A stretch of DNA of 64,000 nt, taken from contig CP142732.1 of NCBI GenBank assembly GCA_036630325.1, positions 186,001 to 250,000 on the forward strand, given 5' to 3'. Every line of letters starts with the position of its first letter. The first letter of the stretch is position 1. This DNA is from Vairimorpha necatrix. Taxonomy: Eukaryota. Of the stretch, positions 1 to 13,109 are shown one piece after another. The position numbers and the translations under genes were made by a program. The notes under the pieces were generated by a model. It did no database searches, was not told where the DNA came from, and worked only from the letters and a program-made list of their open reading frames with translations.

Positions 1-787
1 TGCCTTCTTGAGTCTTGATAATACATTTTTCAACCTTACAAAAACTAATATCTTCATCCTCTCTTCCTCCTACCCGTGAAATAATCTCCTCTAAATACGC
101 GATGCCTCTTACATCCCTTCTCAACAGAACTCTCTTATTATTGTCCCTTTTGCTATAATCTTGTATATCCCCTAAATTTTTCTTCTTACGTTTCCCACCA
201 TCAACATTATAATAATCACATTTGTCCGAATTGGAATCGTCATCACATTTCCCCTCTAAGTCTAATTGCACTTTACATTTACCAACATAATTAAAACTAC
301 TTTTATTTCTTCTGTCTTCAGAATCTCGCCTCATTCCCCTACAAAATCTAACACTATGGCCTAACTTCCCACAATTGTAGCAACGCATATTCTTTTTATT
401 TTCCTCACGAGACAACTTATTCTTCTCCTCAAATTTAGCCCATAACGCTAGGGACAACTCTTCAAATTCTTTTTTTTTCACTTGTTCCTTTTCCTCCTGA
501 ATAGCTAGCAACTCTAATTTTTCCTCAATTTCCTTCCAACTACCCTCTTGCGAGATCCTCTCAACAATAAAATTTCTCAATAAAATAGAACCTCTCATAA
601 AAATTTCTAATTTAAATCCACACTCATCAATTTTCTCTAAAAACAACTCAAAAACAATCCTTTTAACCTCTTTTAATAATATTCTAGCCTCTTGGCCACG
701 GTCCTCCTTTGTAGACCCATTTTCTGGTATCGCCCCCATGTGTTTATTTTCCATAATGAGGGGTAAAAATAATAAGGATATATAACA
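1..787 (-). mobile_element. 5' part of a Ty3/gypsy-like LTR element (putative ~49-bp LTR 739-787, PBS, frameshifted gag with CCHC knuckle); runs off the window edge
   Basis: Minus strand TGTTATAT...AAACACA is followed directly by TGGGGGCG (tRNA-Pro-like PBS). Downstream translation gives CYNCGKLGHSVRFC at ~345-390. It truncates the gag ORF 744-1409. No second LTR in the window. Confidence 0.6.
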
Positions 788-1592
788 TAACATAATCTTT
801 AGTGGCATCTGTTAACGAATTTAGGCATACTTCATTAAATCTTCTTTCGTATTCATTCTTAGTATATTTTTCTAGATACGACGCCACTTCTAATTTGGTC
901 TGAATTTCCGTAATCATCTCCTCTATTAGGTCATAATTAGTCTGTTTTATTTCTAGCACTCTTACACCCGCCGAAGAGAATAGGTTTTTTGGGTAGGCTA
1001 TACTTAAGATCTCTTCCTTTAATTTCGCGTACGTCTTAGCATCATTTCCATATTGATTTTCATAACCTTCAATTACATTCTGCAGTACTATTAGATTCTC
1101 TTCATCGTTCCATTCTAGTTTATTGCTAATGTCTTCAAATTTTCTAAACCATTTTAACATGTTGGTTTTTTCAATATATTTCACTTTTTCTAATTGTTTA
1201 ATAATTGGCTCCTTTAGGCCTTTGATTTTGATTTCAAAGCTGATCATTTCTTTGATAGATTCAGTTTTTATCCTTTTGTTTAGTTTAGGATACAGCTTGG
1301 TTAAATTTAACTTGTGGTATCCACCACTTAAGAACATGTCAAGAATATTAATATTTATTTGTTTGTTTACCGTATTGGTTATTCTTCTTGTTTCCTGTTC
1401 TTTATTCATCTCGTACCCCTGGATGGATAAAATGTTTAAATATTTATCGGAGGGAAAAGTATTGGACTTGGAGGGAAAGATGTCAAATTTGGAGGGAAAT
1501 GTTAGTAAACATATCGTATGATATTTAGGATATCATAATTAGCTATATATAATTTTAATTATCATCTACTTTTCTTATTTCGTTGAACAACA
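788..1592 (-). mobile_element. Truncated LTR element of the palindrome-PBS group (putative 5' LTR ~1313-1592 plus gag N-terminal part)
   Basis: ORF 744-1409 aligns by eye with the Gag of 29475-31841 and 44823-45374 (NILDMFL..G, WFxxFExI...W). The LTR inner end tgtggtatcc (1313) matches the LTR end at 45254. The outer boundary is inferred. Confidence 0.65.
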
Positions 1593-1744
1593 TTTTATGT
1601 AAATATTATATAGATTTAAAAATTTTTAAAGGCCTGAAAGCTGCACAATAAACGAACTTATGTCTACTATATCCAAGGATAATGCTATAAAAGATATAAA
1701 TGTTTTAATCATCTTTGATATCATGGGTTGTTTTTAATTAGTGC

Positions 1745-4700
1745 TGTTTATTTTAAGATATCTTAGGAGTAAAAAAAAATACAAATTTATAAATATTCAA
1801 CATCTCTCCTCTTTTATAAGCTAATATACAAGTATTTTGAGGTGACACGTATGTCTTTAAGCCTTCTTCCTTTCGATAATACTATATACGAATTATTTTC
1901 TAATCTTTCTATAATCTCTCCTCTATATTTAAACTTGGGTTGTCCTTTAGCTACAGCAAATTCGTTCTTTATTATCACCTGATCGTTTTCATTAAACACT
2001 TATTCAGTTTCATTATTCTCGTTTGTTTTGTTAAGATAATAAATTCTTCGTATTGTTTTTCTTTTATTTTTGTCTCGTTGTCTTTTTTACAAGCTTCATT
2101 TGGCGACATTCCTAGTTTCGAGTGGCATATATTATTGTAAGCCTCTAACATTTTTAATAGTTTTGATTTTAGATTTAGATTTCCCTCTTGTTTGTAAATC
2201 CCTTCCTGCACAGTTCTATTAAATCTTTCTACACGCCCATTTGATTGATGGTATAAGGGCGTTGTGTAATGTACTTTTACTTTATTCTCTATAGCACAGT
2301 TCTTTACCTTGCTACTTTGGTTTTCTTTTGATGAATCCATTATCAACTCTTTTATTATAATTTGTTTGTTAATTTCGTTTATAAAATCTACAATTTTCTG
2401 ACCATCTCTAGTGGTAATAACTTTTCAAACCCCTTTCTACTAAGTAATCAATTCCTGTTATTATATATTGTTTATTTATTGGTCCTATAATATCTATAGC
2501 TACCTTTTCTCCTGTATAAAACGATTTAACGAACAAAAAGGCTTTTCCTCTTTTTGGATTATACATTTTACATCTTATACACTTTTTCAACTCTTCTTAA
2601 ACTAATTTCTCCATATTATCCCACGTATATTCCCTTTTAAGCTCTTTGGCTACTATTTTTGCTCCACGATGAACTAATTTTTCGTGTTTATCTTTAATAA
2701 GTTTCCTTTTGTGTCATCATTTAGATCTTGAATTTCATTAACAACTTGGGCATCCTTTTGGTATAAGCGAGATATATAGTCTACATGTGCCATTTCTGCT
2801 CCCTTTCTGTATTTTACTGTGAAATTATACTGACTAAGTCTATCTAGCCATCTCTGTATTCGTTGGGAGCCTATTTCTCTTTTATTCAGAACTTCTAAGG
2901 CTTATGGTCTGTTATTACTTCAAATTTATTCCCGTAAAAAAATATTTAAAATTCTCCATTCCCCATAATACTGCTAAGCATTCCTTTTCACTGATACTAT
3001 AGTTTAAGCAGGTAAAAGTCTTCTTGGAGCATATGAAATTAGAGTAATCGTTTCACCTTGTCTCTGTGGGAGAATTGCGCCAACATCTGAATTACACGCA
3101 TCTGTTTCTAGTATAAATGGTTTTGTATAGTCTGGTTGATATAATGCTATATTTGATTTTATAATAGTTTTAAGCTCATTAAAAGCTTTATCTTCCAGTT
3201 CTCCCCAACAAAAATTATTATCTTTTTTGAGTAAATCATACAAGCATCCTGCAACACTTGAGCACATGGGAATAAATTTTTTATAAAAATTTATAAAGCC
3301 AAGAAATTCTTGTAAAGATTTTATATTTTGGGGCGGTTTAATTTCATCAATACCTTGGCTAGCTTCTATTTTTGGTTTTATTTTGTATATTCTATTATGT
3401 GTCCTAAAAATTCTACTGATGTCTTTTTGTAGATAGTTTTATCTTCATTTAATCGCAAATCATTATCTTTTAATCGTTCTGTTATAATCCGAAAATTTTT
3501 ATCATGAAATTCTTCAGTTGTTCCAAAGACCAAAATATCGTCAACATAAATGAAGCATCTTTTAACAATATCCTCTTGTAAAACATCATCCATAAACCGT
3601 TGAAATATGGCCGGCGAATTTTTAAAGCCCATTGGCATTACATTCCATTCGTACAAATGATGTTTATGTCTATAGCTGTCTTGTGCCTGTCTTCTTCTGC
3701 TAATTCTATTTGAAAAAATCCATCTTTTAAATCTAACTTTGAAAAATATTTTTGATCTTTTAAATTATGTAAAATTCTTTCTATACTTGGAAGCGAATAT
3801 TTATCCAAATCTACTAACTTATTAAGTGCGATCAAATTTGTTGTTACTCGAACCGATCCATCTGGTTTCATAACTGGTCTAAGATTGTTTGACCGTAGAT
3901 CTTGATTTTTGAATATATTTTTTCATTAACAAAACTTCTATCTCGGCGTCTATGGCTACTTCTAATTTCTGTGGCAATCCATACACTCTTTCTACGACTT
4001 TTTTTTCCAGGTTTAGTTTTAATTTGACACACTCTGTTTTATGGCTTTGCAAAAATTTTGATTAACTCCTGTTTTTCTAATAAAATTTAAAATTTATCAG
4101 GTACACGACCGTTTGGAACCCGCTTTGGGAAAATGAACCCGCTTTGGGAAAATGAACCCGCTTTGAAAAATTCAAAAAAGGGAAAAATAAAAAAAAGTTA
4201 TAAAAAAAGGACTTGATGTTTTATCTTAAATAATGACAGAAGACAATTTATCCGTTAATTTTTGGGAATTTGAAAAGCCCAGTGAAACTGTAAAAGGTAC
4301 TCATAGTGTTCTTCTTTGTTTATGTTAAGATCAAATATATCTTATAGGAATGAGCCGAAACCAACTAAATTATATAATATTGTGACTCAGAATCGCTAGA
4401 GGTTACGGCATTTATGGAGTGTTTCTTAGTACTGTGCTCCATACCTTTGCTTAGCTAATGTGACATCATATGCTACCCATTGATTAGAGATCATATAGAA
4501 ACAGGTTATACATTTTCTTGTATCACCTCAAGGAAAAGCAGTATTCTACTAGTTACAGAAACGAGCAAGGCGCACTGATTCAGCATCAAATGTTTCCAAA
4601 ATAAACTTTTCTTTATATTCCACGTATAAATACATTACATCACTAAAAACCTCATCTGCCTCAACAAACATTGTTTTTGCCAATTTTGCCATTTTTTAAA

Positions 4701-5766
4701 GGGGGGTCCTTTAAAATTTCAATGCGGGTTTATTTTCCCAAAGCGGGTTCATTTTCCCAAAGCGGGTTCCAAACGGCCATGTACCATTTATCAACCTTTG
4801 GCAAAATAAAGAGTCCGGTTTTATATATTTTGTCCATTTAAATAAATTAAAGCTCTACTATATCTCGTATTTAAATTCTTCATCTAAACACGTAAAAAAG
4901 CTCAATTGCTTTATCCTCCTCGACACCTGTAATTTCAATTCTCTAACTGCACAATAAGAAATAAAATTGAAACTATAACCAGAATCAAAAACCACAGGCA
5001 CTTTTTTAAAATTAACGTAGACGTATTTGTTTTTATTTTCATAAAATGGAGTGCTTTCTTCTAATCTCTCTTCATTATTAGATACTACCTCATGTACTTG
5101 CTTATTTGAACCAGTATCTCTATTTCTATTCCGAAAATAGCAACTTGTAGAAACGTGTCCTGGCTTTTTACAAATGAAGCAGGTTAAAGTTTTTCTCGGA
5201 ATTTCTTTTATGCTTAAATTTTTGAAGGAGGATGATAAATCGGCCTCCTTCTCCATTTCTTCAATGGTTTCATAATTTCATCGTCAGTGTCATATTTACT
5301 GGATAAATATATTTTTATAAGTTTATATCTGGGTTTAATGCCGTTTTTTAGAATTTCCCTTCTATCCTTTTCTTCAATTTTTAAATCTTCGCATAATTTT
5401 ATCGTTTCCTTTATGTATACAGAAACTGATTCATTATCCCTTTGTTTCTTAGAGCAAAGGTCTACAATAGAAATTTTTGTACTAAATTTCTCTAATGCTT
5501 TGTTTTTCAATCTTCATAATTATAACTTGCTTTTCTTTTATTAGCAAATTCTTCTAAATGCCAGTTTAAGATATTTCCATCAAATCTACTTATAAACTCA
5601 TTCATTTTATCTTCGTCCTTTTTTATATTCCATTTACTAAGAGCCTCTGCTCTTTTTATTTCATGTATTATGTTGTTTTTAGTTATTTTTTCGTTCATAT
5701 TCTCCACCATGTTTATTTTAAGATATCTTAGGGGCAATAAAAATACAAATTTATAAATATTTAACA
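1745..5766 (-). mobile_element. Degenerate full-length Ty3/gypsy retrotransposon with 57-58 bp LTRs
   Basis: LTRs 1745-1802 and 5710-5766 (TG...CA). TSD agtgc on both sides. PBS TGGTGGAG, PPT AAAAGAGGAGAGA. Fragments of gag (CFICKKPGHVSTSC), protease (FDSG), RT (YVDD), RNase H (TDAC) and integrase (SNGRVERFN). Confidence 0.92.
4100..4785. mobile_element. Non-autonomous TIR DNA transposon (MITE-like, probably Merlin-type)
   Basis: GGTAC...GTACC ends. TIRs built from tandem aacccgctttgggaaaatg units. 8-bp TSD atttatca (4092-4099 / 4786-4793). No transposase recognised. Confidence 0.85.
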
Positions 5767-7228
5767 AGTGCAATTATTTCTTAATTGCTTATTTCTAAAG
5801 ATATTAGTTAAGTCGAGATCGATTTCTATATCAGACGTTGCGGACTACTGGCGCGCGTAAAAAAAAAAATCAAGAGTTTATTATAGAACCAAGTATTTGG
5901 GATTTATAGTAAAGTTGTTTCTGCACACATTATTTTGTTTATATTCATAATGATGTATTATTCAGAAACTATATGAGAATACCTATGAAATATATTAATC
6001 TGTTATCGAAAAAATATTAAAAAAAGCTGATGCTTGCTTTAGTTGCCATGTAATTTCTATGAATATATCTTTAAGTGGGATCTAAAATCTTTGCCATGAA
6101 ATACATGCACGAAGTTCTTTTTCACGCTAAAATATATTATAAATTATACCATCAGGTGGATTACAATACAGAGTGAAAAAAAGGTTTAAATTTCACCATC
6201 ATATTTCTTAAATTGTTATAGCTTTTAAGTTTTAATTGTGCGGTTACAATCATGAGGTTTCTTTTAATTCAAAAAACACAATTTTTTTGTACTTATATAA
6301 TCTTTAATTATTATTATCGTAGTTACTTACGCTTAAACCGAGCATTTATAATGCTCGGATATTTCTTTATATTCTTCTAATATTTTAACTCCATCTTATG
6401 GAAGAATGAAGCCAAATAAAACATTTCACTAACATGGCGACAATGACCAACGGTATAACAAATTTTCATGGTAACACGGACGAAGATATAGTTGATTGGC
6501 CAAGAGATCCTAAACTCATTGCTTAATTAGCAGATTTGGTGCAACTTATAGTGATGAAGCTGCGAGGAATAGCTCTTTCTTGGGCTTCGGAATTAATGAA
6601 AAGCCGGCAATGGAAAATAAGGGGTGATGAATTTACAAATCTTCTCAAGAAACGTTTTGTCAAGTATAATTACACGAAATCTACACTATCAAAATTCCTT
6701 ACTTCTCCTATGCTCTCATCAAGAGATAAATTCTCAGAACTATTCAAGACTAGAACTCTTATTTTAAACAAAAACTTTATGAATGTAGGAGCATTGATGC
6801 AGGTACTCAATAGCAAGTGCCCAGATACGATTAAAGCCACTCTTTTTAAAACAGCCGAAAGGCAAGAGACTGGCAACATTTCTGCCAAAGAGCAGAATAA
6901 CTATCATAGAAAGCGTACCTAGATAACTTACTGAACAGAGTTTCATTTACCTCCAAGAAAACGAACTATAAAATATTAAATAAATATAAAAGGCCCCATA
7001 AACAAGCGTGATTTTGCAAGATTCATGGGACGGGGAACATGACACAAAATTCTGTGTTACATTAAAAAAATTAAAGAATATGGGTTAAATAGAACCATCA
7101 AATAAGGAAAGAGTCAACGTAATGAAAGAATCGAGCAAGAACTGGACCAAGATAATTATATCTTTAAAAATAAATCGGATTTTATTTATTCATCGAATTC
7201 ATTGAGTCATGTATCAAACAAATTCTTT

Positions 7229-8016
7229 TTTTTTTTCTTGCAAAAAAGAGGTAGGGAGAAACCTTACATAGGGACCAGAGGGATTTGAGTGTGATCCTCA
7301 TCCAACTGGTACTGTAAAATTCTAACTCACTAAAACTCCCTCCATACACTTGCCGGCGCAGCAAGCTCCGCCGTATCCATTGGACTTTGGTTCCAGGAGA
7401 ACACTTTCCAAGATACCTCAAATCGCGTCCAGAGTGACCTCACAGCGGATATTCATAACGGGCATGGTTATCTATAACCCAAGGAGAGACATCATCGTAC
7501 TGACTCAAAGGTCCCTACAATCATCCGTATTGCACACACGGCTCCTTACATGACCACATCCCCAGCCCGGCGTTTTTATTGGGCTGCGTTGACCACCAGT
7601 CTCCCACTAGTTTCGGCCACCGTGTTACAGAATCATGTAGGATAAGGTCCACGAGAAATTCTATTGCCCTACTTCGTCTAGTTTCTTAGTTAACTCTAGG
7701 ATCCCACTCTAGAGTGCACCAGCCATGGGCTCCAACTAGGCCGTACCCATTAGATACTTTTATGTATCATTAAGTCACCAAAGGGCGATACTGCTTTTTG
7801 GCCCTGAGGTGCGTTTCTACACTAGATGCTAATCCCCTTGTGGCTGGACACACACAAGTTTCATTGAATCAACTTAATGATTACCGTGGACATTTTCATC
7901 ATCTGAGTTGTTCCAACTGCATCATAGAAAGTAGAAACAATTTTGGAGCCCCTGGGAACCGAACCCAGCCATTGCTCAATGGAAGCATAGCATTTTACCA
8001 CTGTGCTAAGGGCACC
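7229..8016 (-). mobile_element. tRNA-derived SINE (~790 bp)
   Basis: 5' head 8016-7944 is tRNA-like (A box TAGCACAGTGG, T-arm CTGGG-TTCGGTT-CCCAG, TCC in the anticodon position). GC-richer non-coding body and 3' A-tail. 14-bp TSD caaacaaattcttt (7215-7228 / 8017-8030). Confidence 0.85.
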
Positions 8017-9935
8017 CAAACAAATTCTTTATATATGCACAAATTGACAAAAAAGAAGATTATGTCTCATATAACAGGAGCCGATGTCTCGATATTACAT
8101 CAGGATATAGTTATGCCTAATATAAAAAATACATACATCATAATACGATACGATCGGCCTGTGAAACAGATATGAAATTGAAAGCAAAGTTAAAGAACAT
8201 TAAAATTGAAATCTTAGGATCCGAAATATACTTCTCTCCTCTTGTTACTGAAACAGAACCAAGATATATTATAGATGAAGCGGATGTGATAACGCAGCAT
8301 TCAGAAATTTTAATTAAAGTACTAACACACATAAAACTTGTGTCGAAAAGAATTTTAGAGAAGTTCCTAACTATTAATCAGGTAGAAGAAAACGAATTTT
8401 TAAAAAGCCAGAAAGAAATTTTGAAAAGATATCCAAAACTATTTAAAGAAGAAATTAATGCAGAACAGACTTGTCAAGAAAGTAGACATAATATAGATGT
8501 CGGAGACAGTTAACATATATACTGTAAATTATCACGAATCCCAATACACTATGAAAAGGCAATTGACGATGAAATAAATAAAAATCTTTAATTGGGCATT
8601 AACACTCATAGTAAAAGCCCGCGGAATAGCAGAATAGTGCCAGTAACAAAACCATATGGCACCTTGCGCATGTGTATAGACTACAGACCACTAAACAAGA
8701 TCACTATAAAAGATAAACATCTTATTCCCAGGATAAACGAAATTTATGATAAACTTAATAAGTCAAGTATATTTACATCATTAGATGCTACATCGGGATA
8801 CTATCAATTAGAAGTCGATTAAAAGGATAGAGAAGAAACTGCATTTTCATGAAAAACAGGCCATTATGAATTCGTAAGAATGCCATTCGGACTTTGCAAT
8901 GCTCCAACAACTTTCCAAAAAACTATGGATAGAATTTTGAGAGAATATTTGGGAGAATTTGTTATTGCGTATTAAGATGATATTATTATTTATTCAGAAA
9001 ACATTACGGAACATAAAAAGCATGTGGAACTCGTATTAAATAAAATTAAAGAGGCCAAAATCACTCTTAATTTAAAAAATGTAAATTTTATAAGACTGAG
9101 CTCAAGATACTAGAAACGTAATAACTGAAGGAAAAATAAAACCAGACCCAGAAAATATAGAGACAATAAAAAAAAATAACCTATTTTAACTAATTTAAAG
9201 GAACTTAGATTGTTCTTGGGATTAATTAATTATTGTAGAGAATTTATAAGACAATATGCTAAAAAATCAAGACCCCCTTTTTACTTATTAAAAGGGGAAA
9301 GTAAAAAAAGCTGCAAGAGGATAGAACACGATGATGATACAATCTTAGCCTTTGATCTATTAAAGAAAGAATTAACTGAAGAAGCGTCAAGAATACAGCT
9401 AGATTTTTCCAAAGAATTTATTTTGAAAACCGATGCATCTAATGCAGGAATGGGAGCAATATTGGCTCAAGTAGACGCAAATGGCACAGAGAGGATGATA
9501 TCAGCATACAATAAAAGTTTGACAAACATCAGTTGAATTATTCGGTAATAGATAAAGAACTTTTGGCCGTTGTAAAAGGAATAGAAAACTATCGACACTA
9601 TCTTGTAGGGAAAGAATTATATTAAAAACCGACCATCGTGCGCTAGTTTATTTGTGGGAATGCAAGGCCGTGACTAGAAGATTACTTAGATGGGCTATGA
9701 AACTCCAAGAATATAAGTTTAAAGTCGAATACATAAAAGGTGAAGACAACGCTGACGACGGATATTTGAGAGTTTGTAGCGTACATAAAGCAAGCGAAGA
9801 TGATATAACTATTCGAGAAATTGAAAAACAGAATATCCTGAGTGAGTATCATTTGACATTAGGACATGGTTCAAAAACAACATGAAAGCGATAATAAAGG
9901 AAAGATATTGGTAGAAGGGAGTGTATAGCGATATT

Positions 9936-11055
9936 GGATCAGTGGGATTGTTTTCCCCAAACGTGTATCAGTGGGAATTTTTCCCCCATTGGGATTGGGG
10001 GAAAAAATCCTAAATTGTAAATTTTCAAAATTAGAAAAAGAAAAAAATTATAAATTAATTTTTAATAGAGTTAATATCTTTAAGAAGCGTTCATTCCTAT
10101 TGTTAAACTTCCACACCATTTCCTCCAAAAAATCGGACCTTTTGCTTGTCAAGACACCTTTTCTTTTTTTTATTTCACACTTTATATATTATTAAAGGAC
10201 TCAACAGCTTGAGTATTTGTACCTGTCGCCTTGTTTACAAATTCTTTTTTGTGGCAAACTGAAGAGTGTACATATCCTAGAGAACCTAAACTGCAATAAG
10301 ATTTATGCTCATCTGTCCAAATTATGCTTCCCTCTTGGACATTGTCACGGACAATGGGTATTATTGTCGAGGCCTTTTCATTCTCTATTACACAAGCATA
10401 CGCTCGGGTAATCATTGTATCGTGTTCTACAATACACAATGCATCTGTTTTATTTGAGAGTGACCTTCCCCTGTGACTTTTGGCTTTGTAGTTTAACATT
10501 GTCTCGTCGATTTGCACGACCTTGCCTGGCCCTCCCAATTTGTCGCGCCTACTATCTAGCCTTCTACAGTAATCTAAGAACTTTAAAATAATTTTTTTAT
10601 AACTCTTGGTGTCAATTTGCATCTGCTCTATTATTGAGTGCTGAGTCTGGTTGGTTGACCATTTAATTAATACCTTTCTTATTGTAATAAATGTCAAATT
10701 AAACCCCTGAAAAAAAGCTACCCTTGCGAATAGAGACCTGCTTTTTATAACAAGTGCAACGAGTGTTCATACATACCCAAATAATTTGGCACTTAATTTT
10801 GAAATAATTCTTTTTAACTAACAAATTATTGCAAATTTCGCAAGTTAAGCCACTAGCTAATAGGTTAGAATACATCAGAAATTCAACTAATTCCTGATCA
10901 TTCATCCTAACTAACTCGGTCTCGAACGAATCTAAACTCATAATAAGGGTTTAAAAAAATAAAAATAAAAGTAAAAAAATTTGAAAGGATTTTTTCCCCC
11001 AAATGTATAACAGTGGGATTTTTTCCCCCACTGGGGGAAAAAATCCCACTGATCC
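9936..11055 (-). mobile_element. Merlin (ISXO2/IS1595-like) DNA transposon, frameshifted transposase
   Basis: TIR ggatcagtgggat. 8-bp TSD gcgatatt. ORFs 10699-10941 (Cys-rich N-terminus) and 10182-10697 (VQIDET, WTDE, NTQAVE). Confidence 0.93.
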
Positions 11056-11111
11056 GCGATATTGGTAAATATTACAACAAATGTAAAATATGTTTAAAGG
11101 CGGGTGGCGAG

Positions 11112-13109
11112 TGTCCCGTATAGACGGGACTTTGCTATATTTAAAATAGCTTTCTAAAATATTGTTAATATTAATAACTTTATTGATGGTGTTTCTATTC
11201 CTCTGATGTTCCATACTCTTCACAGACAGACTTTCTTTTATATTTTATTTTTAATTTATTATTTCTTGTCAACACTAAACACAAACATTGGCGTACTTAC
11301 GAATGTAGTAACGACCATCCAACTTTCGTTTGTTTGTTTGTGTGACTCATCATTACCCGCCGTTTAAGATGTTTGACGGCCGATGGTTTTAACAGTTGTC
11401 CATGTGATGTAGTCATGTACATCACATTCTGCCCTCTCCTAAAGCTTTAAATTTTTTAAAGATACCACTTCAGTCTTATATGTTCCTGACCAACCTTTAT
11501 GTTTAGATATTTCGTCCGGCGGCTCTACTATTGTATTGTTTATAACACTACTTAACACTAATTGCTTCTTTGAGTGTTTATATTTTGTAATGTTTCTTTC
11601 ATCTTGTTTTTTACCTTATGCGCCTTCATATATTTCATTTTATCACGGTATTTGATTTTTATTAATTTAATATCTCGATTTCTTTTACATTCATCATTTT
11701 TATTTTCCTTTTCTTTATTTTTTATCTTATTGTTAAGTTTTTGGTCAATATCTATGTTTCTTTTAATATTTTTATCTTTTACTTTAAATATATTTGTTTC
11801 AACTACCTTCTCGCGTAGTTTCTCATTAATAAGCGTGTTCGCTTTTATTTCATCATTTGCTGATGTTTCGTGTTTAATTTTAACTTCATTCAATTTGTTC
11901 TTATTTATCAATTCTTTCTTTGATAAGTCATTATTCTCGACTTTATCTTTTGTTTCTTTAATTTCCTTCATCATGTATAGCTTTACTGGAACATCCTCTT
12001 TGACTTTTCGATGTTGCGATGTTTTCCTTAGCTGTTCGGAAATATTATTTTTTATCGTAAAGCATTCATTTGAATCGTGCGTAGTATTTTTGTGTAAACT
12101 GCACCATTTACTATTCGTATAGTTATCGTTTTGATTCCTAAATCGTTCTCGATCCATGTTAATTTGTCTTTGTTTGAGACCTCGTCTCTTACCTTCTAAT
12201 ATAAGATATTCTTCTACTGATTCTAGATATGCAACGATATCTTCAATTTTTTTTCCAATTCTAAAATTTTTAATCTAGTTGAAAATCCTAAGCCCATAAA
12301 GAAACTTTCTCTTAGTTTTCTTTCATATAGCTTTCTGGTTAAACCTTCAATTCTGCTATATTGGTCAATTAAATCTTTTAATTCTGTTAAATATTCTTTG
12401 ATATATTTGAACTGTGTCTGCTTGCATTCAATTAATTTCAGTTGTACCATTTCTGAACTCATTTTTTTAGTTAATTTTTTTTTTATAAATATTTTTATTT
12501 CTTTTAATTCTGATAAAGAAAATACTGGTTGTAACATTGGGTCTTTAATGAGCTCTCCTAAAGCTATTTTCTGTTTCTTAATATCCCAATTCTTATGTTT
12601 ACTTATTTGGTTGAATTCTTCAAACCAATGTTCTAATTCAGCAAAATCATACTCTCTGATGTCTGCTATAATGTCTAAGTGTTTTTCCACTTCTAAATCG
12701 ATCTCCTTGATCGTGTATTTAAATTTTAATCCTTCTCTGGATTTTTTTTTTATTTTTTCCTGCAATACAAGTTGCTCTTTGAAATCAAATTTGTCCTGTA
12801 TAGACGGGACTTTGCTATATTTAAAATAGCTTTCTAAAATATTGTTAATATTAATAACTTTATTGATGGTGTTTCTATTCCTCTGATGTTCCATACTCTT
12901 CACAGACAGACTTTCTTTTATATTTTATTTTTAATTTATTATTTCTTGTCAACACTAAACACAAACATTGGCGTACTTACGAATGTAGTAACGACCATCC
13001 AACTTTCGTTTGTTTGTTTGTTTGTGGGACTCATCATTACCTGCGTTTAAGATGTTTGACAGCTGATGGTTTTGACAGTTGTCCATGTGAGGAAGTCATG
13101 TACAACACA
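11112..13109 (-). mobile_element. Gag-only non-autonomous LTR element (palindrome-PBS group)
   Basis: LTRs 11112-11426 and 12792-13109. TSD gcgag. PPT GGAGAGGGCAGAA. gag ORFs 12223-12903 and 11558-12157 (WCSLHKNTTHDSNEC). Only the last codons resembling the integrase end (KNLKL*) are kept. Confidence 0.9.

Noticed and set aside
4117-4166. Short direct repeats (also 52880-52965) as a CRISPR array
   Set aside because: The units are contiguous with no unique spacers and are parts of transposon TIRs. No cas genes.
7240-7940. rRNA fragment or protein-coding ORFs in the GC-richer block
   Set aside because: No convincing conserved rRNA motif. ORFs 7182-7421, 7350-7553 and 7798-8175 have no recognisable motifs, and two cross element boundaries.
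7944-8016. Functional tRNA-Gly gene
   Set aside because: The anticodon and acceptor stems are imperfect, and it heads a TSD-flanked, A-tailed insertion.
11574-12829. Hydrophobic plus-strand ORFs as membrane proteins (also 1123-1521, 5287-5544 and similar)
   Set aside because: They are antisense shadows of Lys/Glu-rich gag ORFs.
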